A stretch of 63,966 nucleotides of DNA, counting the filler, from a bacterium (GTDB taxonomy: Bacteria; JBBIVP01), in NCBI GenBank assembly GCA_037439705.1. It is 5 parts of 5 records of this genome, joined end to end, with 100 filler letters (N's around TTAATTAATTAA, not from the genome) between each part and the next. Parts side by side here need not be neighbours in the genome. Positions count along the whole stretch, not along the records: positions 1 to 12,927 come from JBBIVP010000041.1; positions 13,028 to 25,798 come from JBBIVP010000042.1; 3 more parts are not named here. One strand, 5' to 3'. The position numbers and the translations under genes were made by a program. This document shows, in pieces, positions 9,913 through 18,728 of the stretch (positions within the stretch are counted from its first letter, which is position 1; each line of letters opens with the position of its first letter). The notes under the pieces were generated by a model. That model saw only the letters and a list, made by a program, of their open reading frames with translations. It did not search any database and had not been told where the DNA came from.

Positions 9913-10841
9913 TTTACTGGGTTTATTATAAATCCCTGTGAACCAGCATAAAGAACAGCATTTGTGGCAATTGCTTCAAAACCAAGTTGTTTTGCCACAG
10001 CGAGATTGAAATTGAGAATGAAAACCTTTGGATAAAATACAGGAATCTGGTTCGGAGATGTTCCGTCAAGAATCTGCAGGGCAGTATTGCATGTCTGCTC
10101 TCCTATGGTGGTATATGCTGGAGATAAAGCCATGAGTGCGCCTGCCTTAACAAATTCAGGTGAGTAAGCGAGAAGGGGAAGTTTGTTTGTAAAGGTGTAA
10201 TCCCTTATTATCTTAAAAAATGTCTGCGTGATAACAGTGGGGTCTGGAATTAGCCAGAATGCATCTATTCCGCCACTTGCCGCGAAAATTTTGAAAGCCC
10301 TTTCAGCATCCTTCTCAGAATCAACTTTTGCTGCCAGTATCTGAAGGTTGAAGGCTTTTGCCTCGTTTATTGCTTGTTCCACAGTCTTTCCTGTATTCTT
10401 TGGATTATAAATTATTCCCACCTTTTCAACCTCAGGAATTATAGCCTTGAGAGACTTAAGCACTATATGAGTGGGTGCTATCCTTGTTACGCCCGTTATG
10501 TTTTTCCCCTCAAGGTTGTATATGTTTGGGTCGGTGACCATTGAAAATACAAGTGGTATATTCTCTATGTATCTTTTTCCAAGACCTGAGGCAAATTCTC
10601 CAAAGGTTATAACTACATCCGGCTTCTTTTTTAACACATCTTCAAACACCATCTTTCCCTTCTCCACATTTCCCTCCAGGTCATAATCAAGATATTCTCC
10701 TTTACATTTAACCTTAAATCCCGTTATTGCCTCGTTAAGCATACTGAGGTTCTGGCTTTTAATGACTGCAAAAGTGGCAGAAAAGGATATAGATACCCAT
10801 CCTCCTATTAAACCAGCCAATATAATAATCCATCCTCTCAC
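9909..10841 (-). CDS. ABC-type substrate-binding protein (stand-alone; no permease adjacent)
   Basis: Signal peptide, IPLVFSMV..P, NITGV, VGIIYNP, DAFWLIPD and VKAGAL. Confidence 0.82.
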   Translation of the reverse strand: MRGWIIILAGLIGGWVSISFSATFAVIKSQNLSMLNEAITGFKVKCKGEYLDYDLEGNVEKGKMVFEDVLKKKPDVVITFGEFASGLGKRYIENIPLVFSMVTDPNIYNLEGKNITGVTRIAPTHIVLKSLKAIIPEVEKVGIIYNPKNTGKTVEQAINEAKAFNLQILAAKVDSEKDAERAFKIFAASGGIDAFWLIPDPTVITQTFFKIIRDYTFTNKLPLLAYSPEFVKAGALMALSPAYTTIGEQTCNTALQILDGTSPNQIPVFYPKVFILNFNLAVAKQLGFEAIATNAVLYAGSQGFIINPVK

Positions 10842-10854
10842 AATTATATTTTAC

Positions 10855-12804
10855 TTATTTTTCAATTGATTTACAACATCTGAAGCCATTTTCAGGAGCC
10901 CTTTCATCAGGCGGAAGGCTATACCTGAAAGCACATCTACTTGCATAATCAGGGGAAGTATAAGCCCCTCCTTTTAACACCATATCGCTTAATCCTTTCA
11001 TAAAAATGGAAGATGTCCACTCCTGAAGATTTCCGCTCATATCATAGACTCCATACCCACTTTTGCATTCTGGAAAGCTTCCTGAAGGTGCTAAAGCACG
11101 GTCAATCCCCCTTGAATCCTCGGTAGCACAGGCATCTGGATTCCAGTCCTTTCCGTATGGATATCTCAAATTATTTGGGCCCTTACACGCTTTTTCCCAT
11201 TCTTCCTCCGTGCACAACCTTTTACCGAGCTTTTCACACTCAGCTTTCGCTTCTTCATAAGTGACATTTGTCATAGGTTTCTTTCCTTTCTGATTGGGAA
11301 ATTCATAGATGTCTATACAGAAATCATCCACGAAAACTTTCTGAAGTTTCTTCTCCCCTATATCCCTCAACGGGTCATCGGCAGAACTTCCCATAGGAAA
11401 TTCTCCTGCGGGAATGTAAACCATTCCCTTGGGGCATTTTTCTAATGGAGCAGGAGCGGTTTCTTTAGCAGTTTTTTCTTCCAGTTTTTTCTTTTGAACT
11501 TCCTTCTGGGGAATTTCCTTTTTCTCAGGGAGAGAAGCAGTTTGTGGAGGAGGTTTCTTTTCTTCTACCACCTCTTTTTTTAAAGCTTCTGTCTTCTTTT
11601 CTTCAGGTATAATCTCTTCCTTTTTTTCTTCCACTACTTCTTTTTTTAAGGCTTCCATTTTCTTCTCTTCATGCAGAACCTCTTCTTTTTTTTCTTCAAT
11701 TTTTACTGTAACCGCGGGAAGGGAAATTTCTTTTCCTTTCTTTCCTCCTTTTCCGAGAAGTACATATCCTCCAAATCCAAGAGCAATAAAAACAAAAATT
11801 GAAAGGACTGCAACAAAGGGAAATTTCCTTTTTTCTATTTTTTCCTCTTCAAAAACTCGTTTTTCTTCTGGAATTTCCTCCTTTTCTTCTACCGGAAGAG
11901 CAGGCTTTTCTTCTTCAAAAAGTTTTTCCAGCTCTTTCTCTTTTTCTTTCTCTTTAAGTAGTTCAAACAGGACAAACTCTTCCACATATTCTGTTTCTCT
12001 TTCGTAATGTCTGTCAAGGAGATATAAAAATTCCTTTTTGAATTCCACAGCATCTGAAAATCTTTTTTGGGGCGATTGAGAAAGAGCCTTCATTATCAAA
12101 CGGTCAATATCTTCATCTACTTTCGGATTGAGTTTTGATGGAGGTGGAGGGTCTTTTTTGGGAATTGTTCCTGTGAGCATCTCGTAAAGGATGACACCAA
12201 TGGAATACACATCAGCAGACCTTCCTACTTTCCCCTTTCCGGACACGAATTCCGGCGGGATATAATAATAGGGGTCTCCCTCTATAACGAGCTTTGCCAG
12301 AAATACTTCGTGTCCGTAAATATAGGGTATGCCAAAATCGGTAACAATAATTCTTTTGGGAAGAATAAATATGTGTTCCGGTTTAAGGTAGGAATGGGGA
12401 AGAAAATGATTTGCATATATTATTGCGTTTAAAACTCCTTCAATTATTGGGGCTGTTTCTTCAAAGGTAAAAGGGTTATTTTCCTCCTTTCTCATTTTTA
12501 TCAGTTTCTTCAAGTTTGAACCTTCAATGTATTCAGTTTTTGAAAAATATACTTCTCCTTCCCTGAACCACTCATGGGTTCTACATATATTTTCGTGCTC
12601 AAGTTTTAGAAGAAGTTCAAAAACTACCTCCGCCTTTTCAGAAAATGGATGTTTCTCTACCGGATAATATACCTTAATTGCGGAGTTTTCATTTTTCTCC
12701 ATATCCCACGCCTTGTACACAGCACTGAAAGCCCCACTTCCGACAAGGGATTTTATCTGAAATCTATTTAATATCTTCTCCCCTATCTGGATTTCTTTTA
12801 TCAT
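10855..12804 (-). CDS. Membrane Ser/Thr kinase-like protein (probable pseudokinase) with a C-terminal FGE-sulfatase domain
   Basis: GSGAFSAVY, AIK, DFG and DVYSIG kinase motifs but HSYLKPEH as catalytic loop. One TM helix, then RLCTEEEWEKAC, YDMSGNLQEW and GFRCC. Confidence 0.88.
   Translation of the reverse strand: MIKEIQIGEKILNRFQIKSLVGSGAFSAVYKAWDMEKNENSAIKVYYPVEKHPFSEKAEVVFELLLKLEHENICRTHEWFREGEVYFSKTEYIEGSNLKKLIKMRKEENNPFTFEETAPIIEGVLNAIIYANHFLPHSYLKPEHIFILPKRIIVTDFGIPYIYGHEVFLAKLVIEGDPYYYIPPEFVSGKGKVGRSADVYSIGVILYEMLTGTIPKKDPPPPSKLNPKVDEDIDRLIMKALSQSPQKRFSDAVEFKKEFLYLLDRHYERETEYVEEFVLFELLKEKEKEKELEKLFEEEKPALPVEEKEEIPEEKRVFEEEKIEKRKFPFVAVLSIFVFIALGFGGYVLLGKGGKKGKEISLPAVTVKIEEKKEEVLHEEKKMEALKKEVVEEKKEEIIPEEKKTEALKKEVVEEKKPPPQTASLPEKKEIPQKEVQKKKLEEKTAKETAPAPLEKCPKGMVYIPAGEFPMGSSADDPLRDIGEKKLQKVFVDDFCIDIYEFPNQKGKKPMTNVTYEEAKAECEKLGKRLCTEEEWEKACKGPNNLRYPYGKDWNPDACATEDSRGIDRALAPSGSFPECKSGYGVYDMSGNLQEWTSSIFMKGLSDMVLKGGAYTSPDYASRCAFRYSLPPDERAPENGFRCCKSIEK
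11554..11670 (-). repeat. Intragenic duplication, 66-nt period (EEKK[M/T]EALKKEVVEEKK twice)
   Basis: Two near-identical 17-aa units in the extracytoplasmic linker. Confidence 0.8.
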
Positions 12805-12927
12805 ACTTTTTATTTTATATCTTCCTTTATGAACCTGTCAAATTATTTCAAAAATGCTCTCTGAAAAAGGAAGGGATATTTTTGGCAATTGGTTTATTTT
12901 TGAATTTTTTCATTTTTATCTTTTTCC

Positions 12928-13027
12928 NNNNNNNNNNNNNNNNNNNNNNNNNNNNNNNNNNNNNNNNNNNNTTAATTAATTAANNNNNNNNNNNNNNNNN
13001 NNNNNNNNNNNNNNNNNNNNNNNNNNN
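12928..13027. other. Artificial contig linker
   Basis: N44-TTAATTAATTAA-N44, with stops in all six frames. Confidence 0.98.
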
Positions 13028-13105
13028 TACAACCATTCTTTTAAATAACACAAAAATCCACATCATTCCCTTTTACAAACTTCTAAAGAATTACTTTTCA
13101 TAGAG

Positions 13106-13600
13106 ATGGAAAAAGTAACCGGCACTCTCATTTGGTATTACTACATCTGTCCAAGGGAAGTGTGGCTTATGAGCAGGCACTTAAATCCATCGCAGGAAAA
13201 TCCCTTTATTGAGATTGGAAGGCTTATAAGCAAAGAAAGGTATGAGCGAGAGCGAAAAGAGGTGCGTGTGGAAAACATCGTCATAGACATTCTTAAAAAT
13301 GCTGATGGTGAAGTGGTTGTTGGAGAGGTGAAAAAGTCATCAAGATATGAGAAAAGTGCAAGGATGCAACTTTGCTACTATCTTATGAGATTGAAGTCTC
13401 TTGGCATCATTGCTAAGGGTATGCTTCTCTTTCCGAAAGAAAAGAAGAGGATTGAGGTGATGCTAACTCCAGAGATTGAAGAAGAGTTAAAGAAAGCGAT
13501 TGCTGAGATAAAGGCAATTTCTGATATGGATTCTCCACCGCCTGCAAAAAGGATTAAATTTTGTCCAAAATGTGGTTATAATGATTTTTGCTGGGCATGA
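13106..13600 (+). CDS. cas4: CRISPR-associated exonuclease Cas4
   Basis: YYYICPREVW, RecB-type ID...EVKKS, QLCYY and C-terminal CxxCxxxxxC Fe-S ligands. ATGA overlap with cas1. Confidence 0.95.
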   Translation: MEKVTGTLIWYYYICPREVWLMSRHLNPSQENPFIEIGRLISKERYERERKEVRVENIVIDILKNADGEVVVGEVKKSSRYEKSARMQLCYYLMRLKSLGIIAKGMLLFPKEKKRIEVMLTPEIEEELKKAIAEIKAISDMDSPPPAKRIKFCPKCGYNDFCWA

Positions 13601-13833
13601 AACGAAGTATTTACATATTCTCTGACGGAGAGCTCAAGCGAAAAGAAAACACCCTTTATTTTGAAACCTCTGAAGGCAAGAAATATATACCTGTTGAGAA
13701 TACATCGGAGATTCTTGTTTTCGGAGAGGTAACGATAAATAAGCGCCTTCTTGAATTTTTAACTGATTCAGAGATAATCCTTCACTTCTTTAACCATTAT
13801 GGGTATTATATCGGCTCTTTTTATCCAAGGTAA
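13597..13833 (+). pseudogene. cas1: Truncated Cas1 (N-terminal 78 aa only, type I-B-like)
   Basis: MKRSIYIFSDGELKRKENTLYF...HFFNHYGYYIGSFYPR is the Cas1 N-terminal domain. It stops at TAA immediately before a CRISPR repeat tail, and the catalytic domain is absent. Confidence 0.92.
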
Positions 13834-13910
13834 GAATTGAAACATTTCAGTTTGATATAATCAGTATATGCCGAGTGTTGGTTTCCAGCCTACCTATGAG
13901 GAATTGAAGG
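13834..13910 (+). CRISPR. CRISPR remnant: repeat 3' tail + one 37-nt spacer + one 30-nt terminal repeat
   Basis: GAATTGAAAC (13834-13843); spacer ATTTCAGTTTGATATAATCAGTATATGCCGAGTGTTG (13844-13880); GTTTCCAGCCTACCTATGAGGAATTGAAGG (13881-13910). The repeat has the GTTT...ATTGAAAC form typical of type I-B, with a decayed 3' end. Confidence 0.88.
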
Positions 13911-14089
13911 AGGGGGTTAAAAAGTTGACTTTTTGAAGTGGATGATTAAATTCTTACAGATGATACTTTTTAATCAATCAAAAAACAAAAAATATTACAT
14001 AAAAAACTGGCAGAAAGAGGGGTTTTAAGTGGGGGTATTAATTTTTACAGAGAAAGAAAAAAATCACAGAATAAAAAAGGAGGGGTCAA

Positions 14090-15210
14090 ATGACATATAT
14101 GAAGAAGAAATTGAAAAAATTTAAGGTAATGCAAAAAAGGAAAGAAAGGAGGGAGATTACCCCAAAAGATGTTTTAATAAATGGGGTTAAATTGTCATTG
14201 ATTGCGAGTGTTTTACTCTTATACTTTGTGCCGCGGGCAGGGGTCCGATTGGTTTATTTTGGGGGAAGGATTCAGATAGGTTTTATAAAAGGGGGAGTGC
14301 GGGTAGCAAAGAGTTTATATGAAGTGATTTTCGGGGACGGGTTGACGAGGTCACGACAACGAGGTTCTGGGAAGAGGAAAACTTTCAGTTTATATAAACT
14401 GATTTTCGGGGACTGGCCATCGAGCAGGCTCGACTTAGCGAGAAAAACAGTGGAAGATGCGAAGAAAAAAGGAAGACTCGGGGATTTTGTGGTAGTGGAT
14501 GCTATTGGTAAAAATGTGGTTTTATTTTTTTTGGAATATTACGACGAATATAGTTATTTAATAATAGACTTGGTTAAAGATTGCTGTTATTACTGGATAT
14601 GCAATCAAAGGAAGTATTACAGATCATTTGGACATTATGTGGGTCCAAAATTTCCAAGACTATATGTAGGGGGAAATTATAAGGATTATCTGGGAAGTTT
14701 AATAGAAAATGGTGAGNNNNNNNNNNNNNNNNNNNNNNNNNNNNNNNNNNNNNNNNNNNNNNNNNNNNNNNNNNNNNNNNNNNNNNNNNNNNNNNNNNNN
14801 NNNNNNNNNNNNNNNNATATGTAGGGGGAAATTATAAGGATTATCTGGGAAGTTTAATAGAAAATGGTGAGGATAGCATAGCCAATATATTGCACAGGGT
14901 TGATATTAATATTACCAATATCTTTCTTTCTGAGTTTGATGAGGTAAGCCGGACTTACGGGTGCAAAGAATGGGTTCGTGATGGTGTGCTGTTTCTTCTG
15001 AGAAGTGAACCATCAAGTATTTTTCATGGTGCTTTTTATGTGAATAGTAGGGTCTATATCAGTGAGACTTTTATAGAATACTGTGAGGTGCTCGTCAAGT
15101 TTTTGAGGGAGACCAAGTTTGAGAAAACAGCCTCCACAGTGGAGCGCCTTCTGGTGGATAAAGAGATCAGGAATCCTATTTTCTTAGAAGTCCTGCTTGA
15201 AAATTTGTAA
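14090..15210 (+). CDS. Hypothetical protein, about 321 aa; one gene split by a scaffold gap
   Basis: AGGAGG RBS. Positions 14662-14716 and 14817-14871 are an identical 55-mer on both sides of the N gap, and collapsing them joins ...LIENGE to DSIANILHRVD... in frame. Confidence 0.75.
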
Positions 15211-15278
15211 ATTGTTCCCTGTGCAGTGAGGGGAAAATTTTCACACATGCATTTATTTTTAAGTGTGAGGGGAAAGAT

Positions 15279-15842
15279 ATGGGAATAAGTGTTTGGAGAA
15301 TGAAGCCAGTATCTGTGAGGGAAGGAGATTCTTCAGCCGGGTATGATTGGATGAGATTTTGTTCAAAATTAAGCAGGGAGTTTAAGGAATTTTTCAGATT
15401 TGACCCTTATATGTGTCTGACTTTTCCTCACGGAGATGAATGGGTGAGGCGTTTAAAAGAGGAAGTGTTCCCGCGCTGGCATGATTTTATGCAAAGAGTC
15501 TGTAAACTGGATGAAAGCGCGGATTGGTATGGAGTGAGTTTTTTCTGGGTCAATAAATATTATGGTCCCAGATGTCTGGTTGCTGACATTTTTACAACAG
15601 GAGAGTATGAGCATGCTTTTAGGATAATGTTTTATGAATCAGAGGACGGGTATATGAAGATGGATGAACTTTATGGTTTGTTTGTGGAATTGCGCAAAGG
15701 TCTGAAGGTTCTTGTTAATGTGCGCAGGTTTTTGAACAGGAAATTGATAAGGGAATTGGAAGAGAAATTCGGAAATATTCTGGTAAATGGTTATGGGATA
15801 TTGTTAGAAGAGGCACTCAGCGGAGGTGAGGAAGATGAATGA
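15279..15842 (+). CDS. Hypothetical protein
   Basis: 187-aa ORF with a GAGGGG RBS, overlapping the next gene. No motif recognised. Confidence 0.75.
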   Translation: MGISVWRMKPVSVREGDSSAGYDWMRFCSKLSREFKEFFRFDPYMCLTFPHGDEWVRRLKEEVFPRWHDFMQRVCKLDESADWYGVSFFWVNKYYGPRCLVADIFTTGEYEHAFRIMFYESEDGYMKMDELYGLFVELRKGLKVLVNVRRFLNRKLIRELEEKFGNILVNGYGILLEEALSGGEEDE

Positions 15843-16344
15843 GATTTTTGTATTGTCCGAGATTGCAGTGAAATTAGAGAGGAGGCTTATTTTGAATTTT
15901 ACGGGTATATGGGGGGAACAGGATTTGTGGAGAGAGGTTTTCGGTAAAATTCGTGCGTTGATTGTTAGTTTGAGAAATTGCGGATGGGCTGATGTTGATT
16001 TCAGACTTGGCATCGGGTTTCTCCGTAAAAAATGTCCGCGGTTGATTGAACTGGTTTCAAAGAGAGTGCATTTGAAAAGTGTTTCCCATGTGAGTCTGAA
16101 TACTAACAACGGGATGGTGTCCCTTGAGATATTTTTTAAGAAAGGTTCTTTTGTGCGAAGATTGAATTTCAATCCGTTAAAACTCTCTTTTCCAGCTAAT
16201 GGGCTCAGGACATTTCATATTGAGAGTTTTTCAAGTGTTCTGGAAATAATTCAGGAAATGCTCAATCTCAGAAAAATTATTTTTGAGGAGTTTGCGAGGT
16301 TTTTTGGAATATTTGGAATTATAAATAATGAAGGAAGTGTGTGA
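15826..16344 (+). CDS. Hypothetical protein (start possibly ATG 15835)
   Basis: 172-aa ORF overlapping both neighbours. No motif recognised. Confidence 0.7.
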   Translation: MRKMNEIFVLSEIAVKLERRLILNFTGIWGEQDLWREVFGKIRALIVSLRNCGWADVDFRLGIGFLRKKCPRLIELVSKRVHLKSVSHVSLNTNNGMVSLEIFFKKGSFVRRLNFNPLKLSFPANGLRTFHIESFSSVLEIIQEMLNLRKIIFEEFARFFGIFGIINNEGSV

Positions 16345-17375
16345 GTATGAAGGAGAAAAGGTATGGTGCCAGAGTAACCCTCCAGAAGGCAAAAGACCTT
16401 CTGGAGAAGGCTGTAAAAGGAAGACCCGAGGAGGTTTCTGCTATCTTTTTGTGGGGCCCCCCGGGTGTTGGAAAGTCAAGCATAGTGCGAGAGGTGGCTC
16501 GGGAGAACAATCTAGCGCTGGTGGACTTAAGGCTTTCTTTGCTGGACCCCGTTGATTTACGAGGAGTTCCCATTGCAAAGGATGGGAATTGTTTTTGGAC
16601 TCGTCCCCCGTTCATTCCTCGAGATGGACGCGGGATTCTCTTTCTGGACGAAATGAATCAGGCAAGTATGTCAGTTCAGAGTTCCGCATTTCAATTGGTG
16701 TTGGATAGAATGGTGGGCGAACATGTATTAGGCGATGGGTGGTTTGTGGTTGCAGCAGGGAACAGGGAGGGGGACAGTACTATTGTTTTTCGGGTGGCGG
16801 ACCCTCTCATAGGGAGATTCACCCATCTGGAAATTGAAGTGAGCGTTGATGAATGGTTAGACTGGGCTATTCTCCATTCCATTGATGAGCGAATTATTGG
16901 GTTCATCAAATTTCGTTCTGATTTGTTACTAAAAGTCGCTAAGGACAGGGTTTCAGTGAATTATCCATCCCCAAGAGGCTGGGAGTTCGCTGACAGATAT
17001 ATTAAGCTTGGATGGGATCCCGTGGTGGCTGTTGAATCTGCCTGTGGGGGAGGGACAGCTTTAGAGTTTGCCTCTTTCCTTGATGTATGTTCAAAACTTC
17101 CAAATCTGGATGATTTTTTTGCCGGCAAAGATGTTAATATTCCAGCTGAACCTTCAGTTCTGTCATCATTGTGTTCAGCAATAATTGTCCGTGCTACACA
17201 TCAGCATCAATTTGAAATGGGGTTAAAATTCTGTGTAAAGCTTCTACAGGAGGCTAAAAAAGAAGAATTTGCAGTATTCTTACTCAAAGGCCTCTATCTG
17301 AAGGACAAAAAAGCAGTAAAAAGTTCTGGTCTATGGCCGGAGATTAGCAGAATATTTGGGAATTTATTTGTTTAG
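16341..17375 (+). CDS. MoxR/dynein-related AAA+ ATPase
   Basis: Walker A GPPGVGKS, DLRGVP insert, Walker B ILFLDE, sensor-1 VAAGN, RFTH and SPRGWE. Confidence 0.92.
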   Translation: MSMKEKRYGARVTLQKAKDLLEKAVKGRPEEVSAIFLWGPPGVGKSSIVREVARENNLALVDLRLSLLDPVDLRGVPIAKDGNCFWTRPPFIPRDGRGILFLDEMNQASMSVQSSAFQLVLDRMVGEHVLGDGWFVVAAGNREGDSTIVFRVADPLIGRFTHLEIEVSVDEWLDWAILHSIDERIIGFIKFRSDLLLKVAKDRVSVNYPSPRGWEFADRYIKLGWDPVVAVESACGGGTALEFASFLDVCSKLPNLDDFFAGKDVNIPAEPSVLSSLCSAIIVRATHQHQFEMGLKFCVKLLQEAKKEEFAVFLLKGLYLKDKKAVKSSGLWPEISRIFGNLFV

Positions 17376-17384
17376 GAGGCTAAA

Positions 17385-18728
17385 ATGTTAGACAAGTTTA
17401 GCATAGCAAAATCAAAATTATTATTAAAAGAGCCTTTTTTCGCTTTTCTTCTCTGGGAAGCGGAGGTAATTGAAACAAATGCCATTCCCCTCGCTGGTGT
17501 GGACGGGTCGGGGAAAATCTATATCAATAAGGAAAATGTTGAAAAACTCTCAGTAGAGGAAATTATGGGGCTTATTGCTCATGAAGCCCTTCACTTAGCA
17601 CTGTGTCATTTCGTGAGGGAAGAAGGCCGCAACAGGACCATCTGGAATATCGCCACCGACCTTGCAATTAATTCCCTTTTGCTGTGGGGATTCAGAATGA
17701 CCCTTCCGCCGGGAGGGTTGTTGCCCAAGTTGTTTGGTTTTGAATATCATCTTTCAGCAGAGAAATATTACTCGCTTTTGTGTGCTTGTGAAAAAGAAAA
17801 GATAAGTGAAAAATGTAAAGATAAAGGTTTTGATAGGCATTTTATGGCAGGAGAAGGAGAATCGTTGGTGAGTGAGCCGATAGGAGATGAAAAAAAGGAA
17901 GGAAACAGGAAGGACGAAGGAACTGGCGGGCAGGAAAGAGAAAGTGAAGGGAAGAGGCTGAAGAAAGGCTTGTGGGACTTCATAAGGAAACCCGGAAGAC
18001 ATAGTGAAGATTCAGAAGGTGCAAAAAGAGGAGGGGAAGGATATGGATCAGAAAGTGAAGGGCAGATACAAAAAAGAGAACTTTCGGAAAAGGAAATTCA
18101 GGAAATTGAAAAAAAATGGAAGGATGCTCTTTTCAGGGCATACACCACAGCTCGGATGCAGGGAAAAGTTTCCGGTTTCCTTGTTGGTTTGATTGAGGAC
18201 ATAGCAAATCCAAGACTGGACTGGAGGGAATTGTTAAAGAACTTTATTGCAGGAACGGTTGTGGAAGGGGTTGACTGGACAAGACCTGATAGGAGATTCA
18301 TTTCTCAGGGGATATATTTTCCTTCAAGAAGGGAAAAGATGGTGAAGTTAGCAGTGGCTTTTGATACCTCAGGTTCAATTTCAGATAAAGAACTTGAAGC
18401 GTTTATTGGAGAATTGAATGCTATTTTAGGTTCATGCTACTATGACTTGCTCATAATCCAGTGCGATGCAAAAATTCAGGATGTAATGGATTTAAAATTT
18501 CCAGATACAATTGAACCAGGGGATATAAAGATGAAAGGACGTGGAGGCACAGATTTTCGTCCTGTTTTTGAATACCTTGAGGAGAATGGAGATAATAGAC
18601 CACTAATTTATTTCACAGACCTTTATGGAAGATTTCCCGAGCACGAACCAGTTTTTCCTGTGCTTTGGGTGGTCGTTGGAAATGGAACAGAAGTTCCGTT
18701 TGGTAATATTGTGAAATTAAAATTATAA
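17385..18728 (+). CDS. Putative metallopeptidase + vWA-like domain protein (DUF2201 type)
   Basis: HEALH (HExxH), WNIATDLAIN, a low-complexity Gly/Glu/Lys linker, MIDAS DTSGS, GRGGTDF and YFTD. Confidence 0.9.
   Translation: MLDKFSIAKSKLLLKEPFFAFLLWEAEVIETNAIPLAGVDGSGKIYINKENVEKLSVEEIMGLIAHEALHLALCHFVREEGRNRTIWNIATDLAINSLLLWGFRMTLPPGGLLPKLFGFEYHLSAEKYYSLLCACEKEKISEKCKDKGFDRHFMAGEGESLVSEPIGDEKKEGNRKDEGTGGQERESEGKRLKKGLWDFIRKPGRHSEDSEGAKRGGEGYGSESEGQIQKRELSEKEIQEIEKKWKDALFRAYTTARMQGKVSGFLVGLIEDIANPRLDWRELLKNFIAGTVVEGVDWTRPDRRFISQGIYFPSRREKMVKLAVAFDTSGSISDKELEAFIGELNAILGSCYYDLLIIQCDAKIQDVMDLKFPDTIEPGDIKMKGRGGTDFRPVFEYLEENGDNRPLIYFTDLYGRFPEHEPVFPVLWVVVGNGTEVPFGNIVKLKL

Noticed and set aside
10855-11430. 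FGE-sulfatase (CLec-fold) domain as a diversity-generating retroelement target
   Set aside because: No reverse transcriptase and no template-repeat copy of the 3' end are visible in the window.
12972-12983. TTAATTAATTAA palindrome repeated four times at about 12.7-kb spacing
   Set aside because: It is always embedded in N44 flanks, so it is a synthetic linker and not a biological repeat.
14383-14397. TTTCAGTTTATATAA resembles the 5' part of the CRISPR spacer (TTTCAGTTTGATATAA), suggesting self-targeting of the islet
   Set aside because: The match is only 15 AT-rich nt with a bulge, the rest of the spacer does not match, and the upstream bases are AAA. It is compatible with chance.
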